Notes under the pieces: model-generated
What the model saw: only the letters and a program-made list of their open reading frames with translations
What the model was told of the DNA's origin: nothing
Databases searched by the model: none
Assembly: GCA_963701335.1 (NCBI GenBank)
Contig: CAVOZR010000001.1
Coordinates: 1,259,620-1,323,619 of the forward strand
Direction of reading: 5' to 3'
Source: an uncultured Gammaproteobacteria bacterium
Lineage (GTDB): Bacteria > Pseudomonadota > Gammaproteobacteria > Steroidobacterales > Woeseiaceae
DNA: 64,000 bases
Shown: one piece after another, positions 9,786 through 19,004 of the stretch
How positions within the stretch are numbered: the first letter of the stretch is position 1
Layout of the letters: each line of letters begins with the position of its first letter
Translations under genes and position numbers: made by a program

Positions 9786-11345
9786 CTAGTGACGAAAATG
9801 GCGCATGCCTGTGAAGACCATCGCCAGGCCATGTTCGTTCGCTGCCTGTACGACTTCATCGTCACGCATCGAACCGCCTGGCTGGATGACGGCCGAAATG
9901 CCGTACTCGGCGGCCGCATCGATGCCGTCCCGGAACGGGAAGAACGCGTCAGAGGCCATTACCGAGCCGGCAACGTCGAGCTTCTCGTCGGCCGCTTTTA
10001 TCGCCGCGATCTTGGTGCTGTAGACGCGGCTCATCTGGCCGGCGCCGACGCCGACGGTCCTGTTGTCTTTGCAGAAGATAATGGCGTTCGACTTGACGTA
10101 CTTGACGACCGTCCAGGCAAATAGCATGTCCTGAATCTGTGCCGGAGTCGGCGCCTTTTCCGTTACGACCTTGAGATCCCCGGCGCTTACTCGGCCGAGG
10201 TCCGTGTCCTGGACCAGCAGGCCGCCGGAGACTTTCTTGAAGTCGAAACCCGCCACCGCGGTACTCGACCAGGCGCCTGTTTCGAGTACGCGAACGTTCT
10301 TCTTCGTGCTGATCGCGGCGAGCGCATCGGCTGGCACGGAAGGCGCGACGATAACTTCGACAAACTGCCGATCGACGATCGTCGCGGCGGTCTCGGCGTC
10401 GAGCGCACGATTGAAGGCGATGATGCCGCCGAATGCAGACGTTGGATCCGTCCTGAACGCCTTGTCGTAAGCATCGAGGATGCCGTCAGCTACGGCAACG
10501 CCGCAGGGATTGGCGTGCTTGACGATCACGCAGGCCGGCTTATCGAACTGTTTTACGCATTCAAGTGCGGCATCGCTGTCGGCAATATTGTTATAGGACA
10601 GCGCCTTTCCCTGAAGCTGTTTCGCCGAGGCCAGCGAACCGGCGGGCGGTTGCTGATCGACATAGAATGCGGCGTTCTGATGCGGGTTCTCGCCGTAACG
10701 CAGTCGCTCGGAGCGCGTTCCGGAATAAAGGAAACGTTCCCCAAGCAGATCGTCGCCAAGAGACCGTGACAGGTATTTCGCGATCGCGGTGTCGTAGCTC
10801 GCCGTATGCGCATACGCTTTGGCAGCGAGGCGACGGCGATGTTCGAGCGACAGCGTCTCGTTCCTGAGGCTGGCCAGCACCGACTCGTAGTCGTCCGGAC
10901 TGACAATCACCGTAACCGCTTCGTGATTCTTCGAAGCCGCACGAATCATGGCTGGTCCGCCAATGTCGATGTTTTCGATGGCATCATCAATGCTTGCATC
11001 CATGCGCGCGATGGTCTGCTCGAACGGATACAGGTTGACGACGAGCAGGTCGATGGGTTCGATGCCATGTTCGTTCATGACCGCCTCGTCCGTGCCGCGG
11101 CGCCCGAGCAATCCGCCGTGTATGACCGGATGCAGCGTCTTTACGCGACCGCCCATGATTTCCGGAAAGCCGGTTTTCTCGGAGACCTCGACCACGGCGA
11201 GTCCCGCATCACGAAGTTGACGGCAGGTGCCGCCCGTCGACAAGACTTCAACGCCGAGTTCGGTGAGCCCGGTCACAAATGGAATCAGTCCACGCTTGTC
11301 AGAGACACTGACGAGCGCGCGTTGTACGTTCAACATTGGGTACAC
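9786..11345 (-). CDS. purH: Bifunctional AICAR formyltransferase / IMP cyclohydrolase PurH
   Basis: [11 protein letters not shown]...GGTC near the N-terminus, and the C-terminal [12 protein letters not shown]...[11 protein letters not shown]. The start could instead be 11336. Confidence 0.95.
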   Translation of the reverse strand: MYPMLNVQRALVSVSDKRGLIPFVTGLTELGVEVLSTGGTCRQLRDAGLAVVEVSEKTGFPEIMGGRVKTLHPVIHGGLLGRRGTDEAVMNEHGIEPIDLLVVNLYPFEQTIARMDASIDDAIENIDIGGPAMIRAASKNHEAVTVIVSPDDYESVLASLRNETLSLEHRRRLAAKAYAHTASYDTAIAKYLSRSLGDDLLGERFLYSGTRSERLRYGENPHQNAAFYVDQQPPAGSLASAKQLQGKALSYNNIADSDAALECVKQFDKPACVIVKHANPCGVAVADGILDAYDKAFRTDPTSAFGGIIAFNRALDAETAATIVDRQFVEVIVAPSVPADALAAISTKKNVRVLETGAWSSTAVAGFDFKKVSGGLLVQDTDLGRVSAGDLKVVTEKAPTPAQIQDMLFAWTVVKYVKSNAIIFCKDNRTVGVGAGQMSRVYSTKIAAIKAADEKLDVAGSVMASDAFFPFRDGIDAAAEYGISAVIQPGGSMRDDEVVQAANEHGLAMVFTGMRHFRH

Positions 11346-11376
11346 CTGGGTCAGACGGGAAGGTGCCGCCAGGCAC

Positions 11377-11664
11377 CTACTTGATTAGCAGATAAGTCCT
11401 GAGTTTCTTGCGCAAGGTGCCGCGATTAATGCCCAAAATGCCAGCAGCCTGGCTCTGATTACCCTGCGTGTAATCCATCACGGCCTTGAACAGGGGGCGT
11501 TCTACCTCACCGATGACGAGATCGTACAGCTCGCCCGGGTGATCGCCGTTCAGCGTCGTGAAATACTGGTCGAGTGCGTCTTCTGTGTGTTTGCAAAGCG
11601 GTTTCTTGCTCTTCCTGGACGTGAGTTCCGTCCTTTTTTTCTTGGTCTGCGCCACGTTTTTCAA
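11377..11664 (-). CDS. fis: Nucleoid-associated DNA-binding protein Fis
   Basis: The C-terminal HTH is [21 protein letters not shown]. Its ATGA start overlaps the end of dusB. Confidence 0.9.
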   Translation of the reverse strand: MKNVAQTKKKRTELTSRKSKKPLCKHTEDALDQYFTTLNGDHPGELYDLVIGEVERPLFKAVMDYTQGNQSQAAGILGINRGTLRKKLRTYLLIK

Positions 11665-12629
11665 TTCCCGAAGAATGCCCTTGTCAGTCTTATTTGATCT
11701 GACGCCCGATCGACTCGCACGACCTCGCGACGGAAATCGTCAGCGTCGTGCAGGCTGTTGCAATACCAGGTCAGATGTTTGCGAGCCACTCGTACGCCGG
11801 TCACGTCCCCATAAAACCGGTGAAGCTCGTTCAAGTGGCCGATCATAATATCACGCAATTCGTTTTTTTCTAGCTCGGTATTTTCCGCAGCCGGATTCAC
11901 AAGCGTCGCGAGTTCGCGAAAGATCCAGGGGCGGCCCTGAGCGGCGCGACCGATCATCAAACCGTCTGCGTTAGTTACGCGCAGTACTTCAAGCGACTTC
12001 TCTAAAGTCGTTATATCTCCGTTTGCTATCACGGGTATGGACACGGCAGCCTTGGCTGCGGCAATGGTCTCGTATTCTGCTTCGCCGTCGTAGCGGCAGG
12101 CGCGCGTACGTCCGTGAATGGCCAGTGCTTGGATGCCACTGTCTTCGGCTATGCGTGCGACAGCGATCGCATTACGGTGCCGGGTGTCCCAGCCTGTGCG
12201 GATTTTCAGGGTGACCGGGACCTGTACCGCCGTCACCACGGCCTGCAGGATGGCTGCCACCAGTTTTTCGTCCTTCAGCAAGGCGGAGCCCGCGAGTTTC
12301 CGACAGACTTTTTTCGCGGGACAGCCCATGTTGATATCGATAATCTGTGCGCCGCGTTTCACGCAGGCCCTGGCGGCCGTCGCCAGTTGCCCGGCTTCGG
12401 AACCGGCGATCTGCACCGCCACCGGCTCTGCATCGAGGTCGAGATCGAGTCGCCGCTGCGATTTCGGCGTCGTCCACAGGCCGATATCCGCCGTGGTCAT
12501 CTCGGAGGTCGTCATGCCCGCGCCAAACTGGCGGCACAGCCGACGAAAAGGCGCGTCGCTTACGCCGGCCATGGGAGCGAGTACGAACGGGCTGGACAGC
12601 TCGTAGGGCCCGATTTTCAGTGCTTTCAT
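11661..12629 (-). CDS. dusB: tRNA-dihydrouridine synthase B
   Basis: It has a Dus TIM-barrel (LAPMAGVSD, DINMGCP, HGRT) and sits in the conserved dusB-fis pair. Confidence 0.9.
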   Translation of the reverse strand: MKALKIGPYELSSPFVLAPMAGVSDAPFRRLCRQFGAGMTTSEMTTADIGLWTTPKSQRRLDLDLDAEPVAVQIAGSEAGQLATAARACVKRGAQIIDINMGCPAKKVCRKLAGSALLKDEKLVAAILQAVVTAVQVPVTLKIRTGWDTRHRNAIAVARIAEDSGIQALAIHGRTRACRYDGEAEYETIAAAKAAVSIPVIANGDITTLEKSLEVLRVTNADGLMIGRAAQGRPWIFRELATLVNPAAENTELEKNELRDIMIGHLNELHRFYGDVTGVRVARKHLTWYCNSLHDADDFRREVVRVDRASDQIRLTRAFFGN

Positions 12630-15049
12630 TTGAAATTGGGAATGTGGCAGCGAAGACGTTTGTCCGGCTGACGATAGCAGACCTGCAGCTTGTAACCCGT
12701 AGCCGCCTCGGGCGGCGATTCGATCTTGATAACGGCGGTGAAATTGTTGCCCGGCCGCACCATCTCGCCGGGATCCAGGTCGTCCGTCAGGTAGGCGCCC
12801 GGATCGAGCGTCCTGTTGCCAATGGTTTCTTCGAAACGGTCGGTCAGGGAAACGTTGATGAGCGGGTAGGGGAGCGGCTCCCCGGCGGTATTGCCGATTC
12901 GTGAGATTACGGTAAGCGAGTCACCCTCTTCATCCGGGATCTCTCTCTTGGCTTCAAAGCGCCAGGCCGTCACGTCCCATGCCGGCGCCAGGGGCATGCC
13001 GATGGCCCGGTACAGTGGGCCGACAGCCTCGTTGAACGCCGGAATCCTGGCAAGCGCCTCGCGTGACTGATGCAGCACCTGCACCACGAGCAGCAGGGCG
13101 AGTGCCGCTGCGGCAGCGGCCATGCTGCGTCTCCTGCCGCTGCCCGATCTGCCGTCCGCCTCGGATGCTCTCTCCTGCCTGGCCTGCTCGACGAGTTCGG
13201 CGGCGGCTTTGATGTCCGCCCTGCGTTTTTCCTTTTCCAGCGCCGTCTGGACGAATTCGCCCTCCATGACGATCGACTCGAAGCCGGTACCGGTATCTTC
13301 GCCGGCCTGTTGTTCAATCGATTCGGGACGCCCTTCCGCGGCACCTTTTTCGGAAAAGACAATCGTCGAGGTGAATCCGTCTTCGTCCTGGACAGCCATG
13401 CTCAGCAGATCCTGATCGATCAGGAGGTTGAGCGTCTGCTCCTCTTCGCTTTGCGGCGGGACCACGTGCTGTGTGTCCCCGGGCGATTCCGAATCGGAAG
13501 ACTCGGGCACATCGTCAGGTTCAATCTCGTCGCCATCGAGATCGTCTTCCAGAACGATTTCGTCGTCCTGAATTGCATCATCGATGCCCGACCGTGCAGC
13601 GTCCTGGGCCTTGAAGAAGCCCTTGTCGAATACGTCGGATTGCGCCTCGAGCTCGGCCATCGCTTTTTCGATGGAGCCAAAAACCAGTGGCGCTTCATCG
13701 ACGTCATCGATCTCGATCTCGATCTCGTCCTCGTCCTCGTCCTCGTCCAGTCCGTGGCGCCTTGTTGCTTCCACATCCTCGAGCTGCGACGGGGTCTCTG
13801 GCGCTTCGCTTTGCGTGTCGTCTGCTCGCAGCACCTCGCCTGCTTCGATCGCGAGTTCAATGTCCGGGACATCTCCGCTTGTTTCGGTTTCGCCGCCGAC
13901 GCCTGCTTCGGGCGCCGACCCGGATTCGCCGGCAAGCACCATCTCGGGGACTTCGCCGGTCTCCTCGTCGGTTTCTTCTGCTACGTCGACGCTCTCGGAT
14001 TCGGGCATTTCGCCGGTTTCGTCTGCCAACTCCAGCCCGGCTGCCTCGTCTTCTTGCGCGTCGTCGAATACCTCACCCGTGCCGATCGATACAGCCTGGT
14101 CAGCGTTGTCGTCGTCTTCCTCGCTTGCTTCGGCGTGGCGCGCATGGAGACCGCTAAGGTCGATACCCATCGCCTCTGCCTGCAGGGCAAACTGTGTATC
14201 CATATCCAACGGCGCTGCATCTTCCCTGCCGAGGGCAGGCTCGGAATCTCCATCGTCCGCGGACAGCTCGTCTTCCAGGGCCGAGAGCTCCGCGTCGAGC
14301 GGCGGCACGTAAGGCCTGGGTGGCTCGCTGAACTCGCCGAGGATATCGGCCCACTCATCGGGGTCGCCCAGCGCGATATCGACCGGTAAGTCATCGATAT
14401 CCCTGGGGTGCGCTGCCCGAGGTTCAGGCCCGCTGTGCGACTCCGACGCGTTGGCCTCGGCGTTTATCGACGAATGCGTGGCTGGATCTCCGAGGTCGAA
14501 GTCCTCCGGTAGCGGCGTATTGTCGTCGAAACGCAGCTCTTCGACCGGCGTATCTTCAGGTGCATTCGCGGACTCTTCGAAGATTTCACGCGCCTCGATG
14601 TTGTTCGGCGTCTTGGTCAGGAATTGATCGACCGGTGTCGGTGATTCGTCGAGAAGCTCATCAACGCCGCGTCCGGCCAATTCGTCGGCACCGGGCAGCT
14701 CACCGTCGTCTGCTTCATCGTCATCGAGCACGCGCCATTCGACACCGGTATCCTCGATTCGAATGTCGGAGCCGGCAAGCTCGTCGAGAGTCTTCAGCAA
14801 CGCGGCGCCCTGGTCGGCGGAAATCGCCATCGGAGGGCCTTCCTTGGGCTGCCGTGGCTCCGGTGTCAGTTCTGGCAGCGGCGCCTTCGCTTCCTTCGCT
14901 GCCGGCTTTGCCGGCATTGATTCGGAGAGGTATTCGAGGGCATTGAACGCAAGTCCACAGCCACCGCAACGCACCTTGCCGGCGGCCTGTTTCAGGACGT
15001 CCGCGGTTACGCGAAACGCGGTGCTGCAATCAGGACATTGCGTGTACAT
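12626..15049 (-). CDS. MJ0042-type zinc-ribbon / DUF3426-like protein with a very large acidic low-complexity insert
   Basis: The N-terminus reads MYTQCPDCSTAFRV...VRCGGCGLAFNALEYL. About 550 aa are D/E-rich, followed by one TM segment and a C-terminal beta-rich domain. The gene occupies the conserved slot between prmA and dusB. Confidence 0.7.
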   Translation of the reverse strand: MYTQCPDCSTAFRVTADVLKQAAGKVRCGGCGLAFNALEYLSESMPAKPAAKEAKAPLPELTPEPRQPKEGPPMAISADQGAALLKTLDELAGSDIRIEDTGVEWRVLDDDEADDGELPGADELAGRGVDELLDESPTPVDQFLTKTPNNIEAREIFEESANAPEDTPVEELRFDDNTPLPEDFDLGDPATHSSINAEANASESHSGPEPRAAHPRDIDDLPVDIALGDPDEWADILGEFSEPPRPYVPPLDAELSALEDELSADDGDSEPALGREDAAPLDMDTQFALQAEAMGIDLSGLHARHAEASEEDDDNADQAVSIGTGEVFDDAQEDEAAGLELADETGEMPESESVDVAEETDEETGEVPEMVLAGESGSAPEAGVGGETETSGDVPDIELAIEAGEVLRADDTQSEAPETPSQLEDVEATRRHGLDEDEDEDEIEIEIDDVDEAPLVFGSIEKAMAELEAQSDVFDKGFFKAQDAARSGIDDAIQDDEIVLEDDLDGDEIEPDDVPESSDSESPGDTQHVVPPQSEEEQTLNLLIDQDLLSMAVQDEDGFTSTIVFSEKGAAEGRPESIEQQAGEDTGTGFESIVMEGEFVQTALEKEKRRADIKAAAELVEQARQERASEADGRSGSGRRRSMAAAAAALALLLVVQVLHQSREALARIPAFNEAVGPLYRAIGMPLAPAWDVTAWRFEAKREIPDEEGDSLTVISRIGNTAGEPLPYPLINVSLTDRFEETIGNRTLDPGAYLTDDLDPGEMVRPGNNFTAVIKIESPPEAATGYKLQVCYRQPDKRLRCHIPNFK

Positions 15050-15066
15050 TAGTCTGGAACCAACCT

Positions 15067-15957
15067 CTATCTCTTTTTGCCGGTCAGCCGTGACCAGGTC
15101 TGGCCGTCCTGCTCCCTGAAGGCGGGTTCGTCGAACCTGATCCAGGGCGCGTAAGCAGCCATAACGGTGGGCGCTTGTTCACATAATACGCCGGATAGGG
15201 CAAGCATACCGTCGCGTGCAACGGTTGATGTGACGGATTCGGCAAACTGAACAAGAGGACCCGCAAGGATATTCGCAACGACGACATCGAAGCAGCCCTC
15301 AATATCATCGACATTGCCCACAACTCGGAGGTGTGTAGAAACGCCGTTGCGATCCGCGTTTTGAGAGGTTGCCAGCAATGCCTGGCTGTCAATGTCCATC
15401 GCCATGGCCGAGGCGCAGCCGAGTTTCAGGCCCGCTATGGCCAGAACGCCGGATCCACAACCGTAGTCCAGCATCGTTTTCCCCTGCAGGGCCAAACCGT
15501 CGAGCCACTCAAGGCAAAGCGCCGTGGTGGCGTGGGTGCCCGTGCCAAAGGCGAGTCCGGGGTCGAGCCGAATGATGACCGCCTCGTCGTGTTCGATCGT
15601 GCTGTCGCCCGGGCTGATCCACAGCCGCCGGCCAAACCGCATCGGCCCGAAATCCCTGAGCCATTCGCGTTCCCACACGCGATTCTCGAGTCCTTCTATG
15701 TGGTAGGCCGGCAATCGGGTAAGTTTCAGCGTCGTCAGCAGCTCCGCCTCGAGGCCTTCAATGTCGGCATCTGCAGAAAACAGGCCGGTAATTCGCGTGT
15801 CGGTCCATAGCGGTGTCTCGCCCGGACCGGGTTCGAGGACCGGATTATCGCCGGCGTCGCTCAGCGTTACGGACCAGGCGCCGTGCCGATTGAACAGGTC
15901 CTCGACGGTGCCTGGATCCAGCTTGTCTAGCTTCATGACAAACTGCAGCCAGTCCAC
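15067..15957 (-). CDS. prmA: Ribosomal protein L11 methyltransferase PrmA
   Basis: The GTG start gives VDWLQFVMKL, aligned to the E. coli MPWIQLKL start. FGTGTHATT and DYGCGSGVLAI SAM motifs are present. The listed ORF extension to 16251 overlaps accC and was rejected. Confidence 0.9.
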   Translation of the reverse strand: MDWLQFVMKLDKLDPGTVEDLFNRHGAWSVTLSDAGDNPVLEPGPGETPLWTDTRITGLFSADADIEGLEAELLTTLKLTRLPAYHIEGLENRVWEREWLRDFGPMRFGRRLWISPGDSTIEHDEAVIIRLDPGLAFGTGTHATTALCLEWLDGLALQGKTMLDYGCGSGVLAIAGLKLGCASAMAMDIDSQALLATSQNADRNGVSTHLRVVGNVDDIEGCFDVVVANILAGPLVQFAESVTSTVARDGMLALSGVLCEQAPTVMAAYAPWIRFDEPAFREQDGQTWSRLTGKKR

Positions 15958-15974
15958 CGCTCCGTCGCTCCCGA

Positions 15975-17318
15975 TCAAACCAGTCCGAGTCGTTTCTCGA
16001 GGTAGTGGATATCGGTCCCGCCAGCCTGGAATGCAGCGTGCTGGAATATTTCCTGGTGCAACGGAACGTTCGTCTTGATGCCTTCGATGACGATTTCGTT
16101 CAGCGCGCTTCGCATTCGTGCGAACGCGGCATTGCGGTTTGCACCGTGTGCAATCAGCTTGCCGATCATCGAGTCGTAATAGGGCGGTACCTTGTAGCCG
16201 CTGTAAATGTGGCTCTCGACGCGAACCCCAGGGCCGCCGGGTGAATGCCACAAGGTGACCAGTCCGGGCGACGGCATGAAGGTGCGCGGATCCTCCGCGT
16301 TAATGCGGCACTCGATCGCATGCCCCTGGATCTTGATTTCATCCTGCGAGAACTGCAGTTTCTCGCCATTGGCAATCCTGAGCTGTTCGCGAACAATATC
16401 GACACCGGTAATCATCTCGGTGACAGGATGCTCGACCTGCAGCCGCGTGTTCATCTCGATGAAGTAGAACTCGTTGTTTTCATAAAGAAATTCAAACGTC
16501 CCGGCGCTACGGTAGCCGATTTCCTGGCAGGCCTTGACGCAGCGCTCACCGATACGATTGCGTTGCTCCTCGCTGATGCCCGGCGCCGGCGCCTCCTCGA
16601 TGACCTTTTGGTGGCGCCGCTGCATTGAACAGTCGCGTTCCCCGAGGTGTATGGCATTGCCATGCGTGTCGGCCAGCACCTGAAACTCCACGTGCCTCGG
16701 TGTTTCGAGGAATTTCTCCATGTAGACCATATCGTTGCTGAACGCGGCGCGGGCTTCTGCTTTGGTCACCGTAATCGCAGCGGTCAACGATGCCTCGGAG
16801 TGCACGACGCGCATGCCGCGACCGCCGCCGCCGCCGGACGCCTTGATGATGATCGGATAACCGATGTCACGAGCGAGACGCATGTTCTCGTCAGGATCAT
16901 CACCAAGCGGCCCGTCAGATCCCGGTACACAGGGGACGCCGGCGGCCTTCATCGCCCTGATGGCGGACACCTTGTCGCCCATCAGGCGTATCGACTCTGC
17001 TTTGGGTCCGACGAATGTGAAGCCACTCGACTCAACGCGCTCTGCGAAGTCTGCGTTCTCCGACAGGAAGCCATAGCCCGGGTGAATCCCCGTGGCGTCC
17101 GTGACCTCGGCCGCGCTGATGATCGCCGGCATGTTGAGGTAGCTCTCCGAAGAGGCGGGTGGCCCGATGCAGACTGTTTCGTCGGCGAGCAACACGTGCT
17201 TCAGGTTATTGTCGGCGGTCGAGTGCACGGCGACCGTCTTGATGCCCATTTCGCGGCAGGCCCGTAGTATACGAAGCGCGATCTCACCCCGGTTCGCAAT
17301 GACAATCTTGTCCAGCAT
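15975..17318 (-). CDS. accC: Acetyl-CoA carboxylase biotin carboxylase subunit
   Basis: It starts [21 protein letters not shown] and has the ATP-grasp fold. It lies downstream of accB. Confidence 0.95.
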   Translation of the reverse strand: MLDKIVIANRGEIALRILRACREMGIKTVAVHSTADNNLKHVLLADETVCIGPPASSESYLNMPAIISAAEVTDATGIHPGYGFLSENADFAERVESSGFTFVGPKAESIRLMGDKVSAIRAMKAAGVPCVPGSDGPLGDDPDENMRLARDIGYPIIIKASGGGGGRGMRVVHSEASLTAAITVTKAEARAAFSNDMVYMEKFLETPRHVEFQVLADTHGNAIHLGERDCSMQRRHQKVIEEAPAPGISEEQRNRIGERCVKACQEIGYRSAGTFEFLYENNEFYFIEMNTRLQVEHPVTEMITGVDIVREQLRIANGEKLQFSQDEIKIQGHAIECRINAEDPRTFMPSPGLVTLWHSPGGPGVRVESHIYSGYKVPPYYDSMIGKLIAHGANRNAAFARMRSALNEIVIEGIKTNVPLHQEIFQHAAFQAGGTDIHYLEKRLGLV

Positions 17319-17330
17319 GACCGCGCGCCG

Positions 17331-17795
17331 CTAGTTAGTGTGACGCTGGTCGATGACGAACAGCGTCTGGCCGAATTCGACCGGTTCGCCGTTCTGGACG
17401 CGGATCGACTTGATCACGCCAGCCACGTCGGTCTCGATCTGGTTCATCATCTTCATTGCCTCAATGATGCACAGCGTATCGCCTTCGTTGACGCGATCCC
17501 CAACCTGCACGTACGGGGCCGCACCCGGGGAGGACGCGGCGTAGTAGGTTCCGACCATGGGAGACGTGACCTCATAGCCGTCCTCCTCAAGCTCGGCCGC
17601 CGCCGCCGGCGCCGCAACCGATGCGGCAAGCGGTGCCGCTGTCTGCGCAGGAACCGGGGCGGGCGCGGCGGCCACGGGTGCATGCTGGGAATAGCGGCTG
17701 ATTCTTACCGATTCCTCTCCCTCGGTAATTTCGATCTCGGCGATACCGGATTCATCCAGCAGTTCGATCAGTTTTTTTACTTTTCTTATATCCAT
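17331..17795 (-). CDS. accB: Biotin carboxyl carrier protein AccB
   Basis: An Ala/Pro linker precedes the biotinylation motif EAMKMMN. Confidence 0.95.
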   Translation of the reverse strand: MDIRKVKKLIELLDESGIAEIEITEGEESVRISRYSQHAPVAAAPAPVPAQTAAPLAASVAAPAAAAELEEDGYEVTSPMVGTYYAASSPGAAPYVQVGDRVNEGDTLCIIEAMKMMNQIETDVAGVIKSIRVQNGEPVEFGQTLFVIDQRHTN

Positions 17796-17798
17796 CGA

Positions 17799-18248
17799 TT
17801 AGTCCCCGGTGTTGGCTACATAATGACTGGCGGCCTGCACCGCCAACTGGTAACCGTGAGCCCCAAAGCCAAAGAGGCAGCTACACGCAATATCGCTGAA
17901 GTAGCTGCGGTGTCGAAATTCTTCCCGCGCGAAGGTATTGCTGAGATGAATTTCAATAAACGGAATCCCGACGGCGAGCAGGGCGTCGCGCAAGGCGACA
18001 CTGGTATGTGTGAGGCCACCCGGATTGAGGATGATGAAATCGATGCCGTCGCTTGCGGCCTGCTGCACGCGGTCGATGAGCTCATGTTCGGCATTGCTCT
18101 GGAAGCAGCTGAGCTGGTGCCCCAGCTCGGCGGCAAGCCCGGACGCGCGCGTCTCGATATCCGCGAGCCGTGTGGCACCATACACCTCCGGTTCCCGTGA
18201 CCCGAGCAGGTTCAGATTAGGCCCGTTGATAAGCAAGAAATTGGACAT
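17799..18248 (-). CDS. aroQ: Type II 3-dehydroquinate dehydratase
   Basis: [20 protein letters not shown] and [11 protein letters not shown] motifs are present. Confidence 0.95.
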   Translation of the reverse strand: MSNFLLINGPNLNLLGSREPEVYGATRLADIETRASGLAAELGHQLSCFQSNAEHELIDRVQQAASDGIDFIILNPGGLTHTSVALRDALLAVGIPFIEIHLSNTFAREEFRHRSYFSDIACSCLFGFGAHGYQLAVQAASHYVANTGD

Positions 18249-18360
18249 CGCGTGCGCTTGTTAGCGAGATAGCCGAAGATGGCGGAAATTCTAACCCTTT
18301 TTTCCGACATTTGGGCAACTTTCGCTGCGGACTTCATACGCCCGACCGCCCTAGACGATT

Positions 18361-18993
18361 TCAGAGCGCGTCGAGCTCGCTTCTGGCGGTTGCTTTGTCG
18401 ATTTCGGCCCGCTCGAGTCGCGTCATGACGTCGACAACGATGTCGAGATGCGCCTGGTGCAATTCGCCGATGTAGGCGCTCAGGAATTCGCCGTCCGATG
18501 CGACGAACATCGTGAACGGCATGCCAATGAACTCGATGCCGGAGGACTCGGCGACGGCCATTGCGTCCTGCTCGCCGACGAGGACCGGGTAGTTGAACTC
18601 GGCCGATTCCGCGTAGTCTGAAACCGCCTCGGGAAAATCGACGGCAATGCCGATCACCTCGAATCCATTGCCGGCGTGCTGCTCCTGGAAGTCCTTCAAC
18701 AGAGGAATCTCGCGACGGCACGGTGCACACCAGGTCGCCCAGAAATTGATCAGGCGGTTCTTGCCCTGCCACTCCGAGAAACTGCGTGGCTGGCCCGACA
18801 CGTCGGACAGCGTGAATTCGGGATGCGTGACGACGTCCGGCCTGGCGGGCGCGGTTGCGGCGACGCCTGCTGCCGCGAGCGGCGCTGTCGCCTGTGCACC
18901 CTGTGACGTCACCGGGAATCGGGCCGCGTAAAACAGGGCGCCTGCCAGCATTGCCAGCAATCCGCTGGCGAAAATCAACATTACCTTGGACAC
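18361..18993 (-). CDS. TlpA/ResA-family periplasmic thiol:disulfide oxidoreductase
   Basis: It has an N-terminal TM anchor and the thioredoxin motif WATWCAPC. It lies immediately downstream of dsbD. Confidence 0.8.
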   Translation of the reverse strand: MSKVMLIFASGLLAMLAGALFYAARFPVTSQGAQATAPLAAAGVAATAPARPDVVTHPEFTLSDVSGQPRSFSEWQGKNRLINFWATWCAPCRREIPLLKDFQEQHAGNGFEVIGIAVDFPEAVSDYAESAEFNYPVLVGEQDAMAVAESSGIEFIGMPFTMFVASDGEFLSAYIGELHQAHLDIVVDVMTRLERAEIDKATARSELDAL

Positions 18994-19004
18994 TTTCTAC
19001 CTTT

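Noticed and set aside
13070-14389. 439-aa plus-strand ORF (and several others) inside the acidic zinc-ribbon gene
   Set aside because: These are a product of the low-complexity GA/TC-rich repeats. The minus-strand frame has the recognisable zinc-ribbon N-terminus and operon coupling.
15958-16251. Upstream extension of prmA to 394 aa
   Set aside because: It overlaps the end of accC. The alignment to known PrmA N-termini begins at the GTG at 15957.
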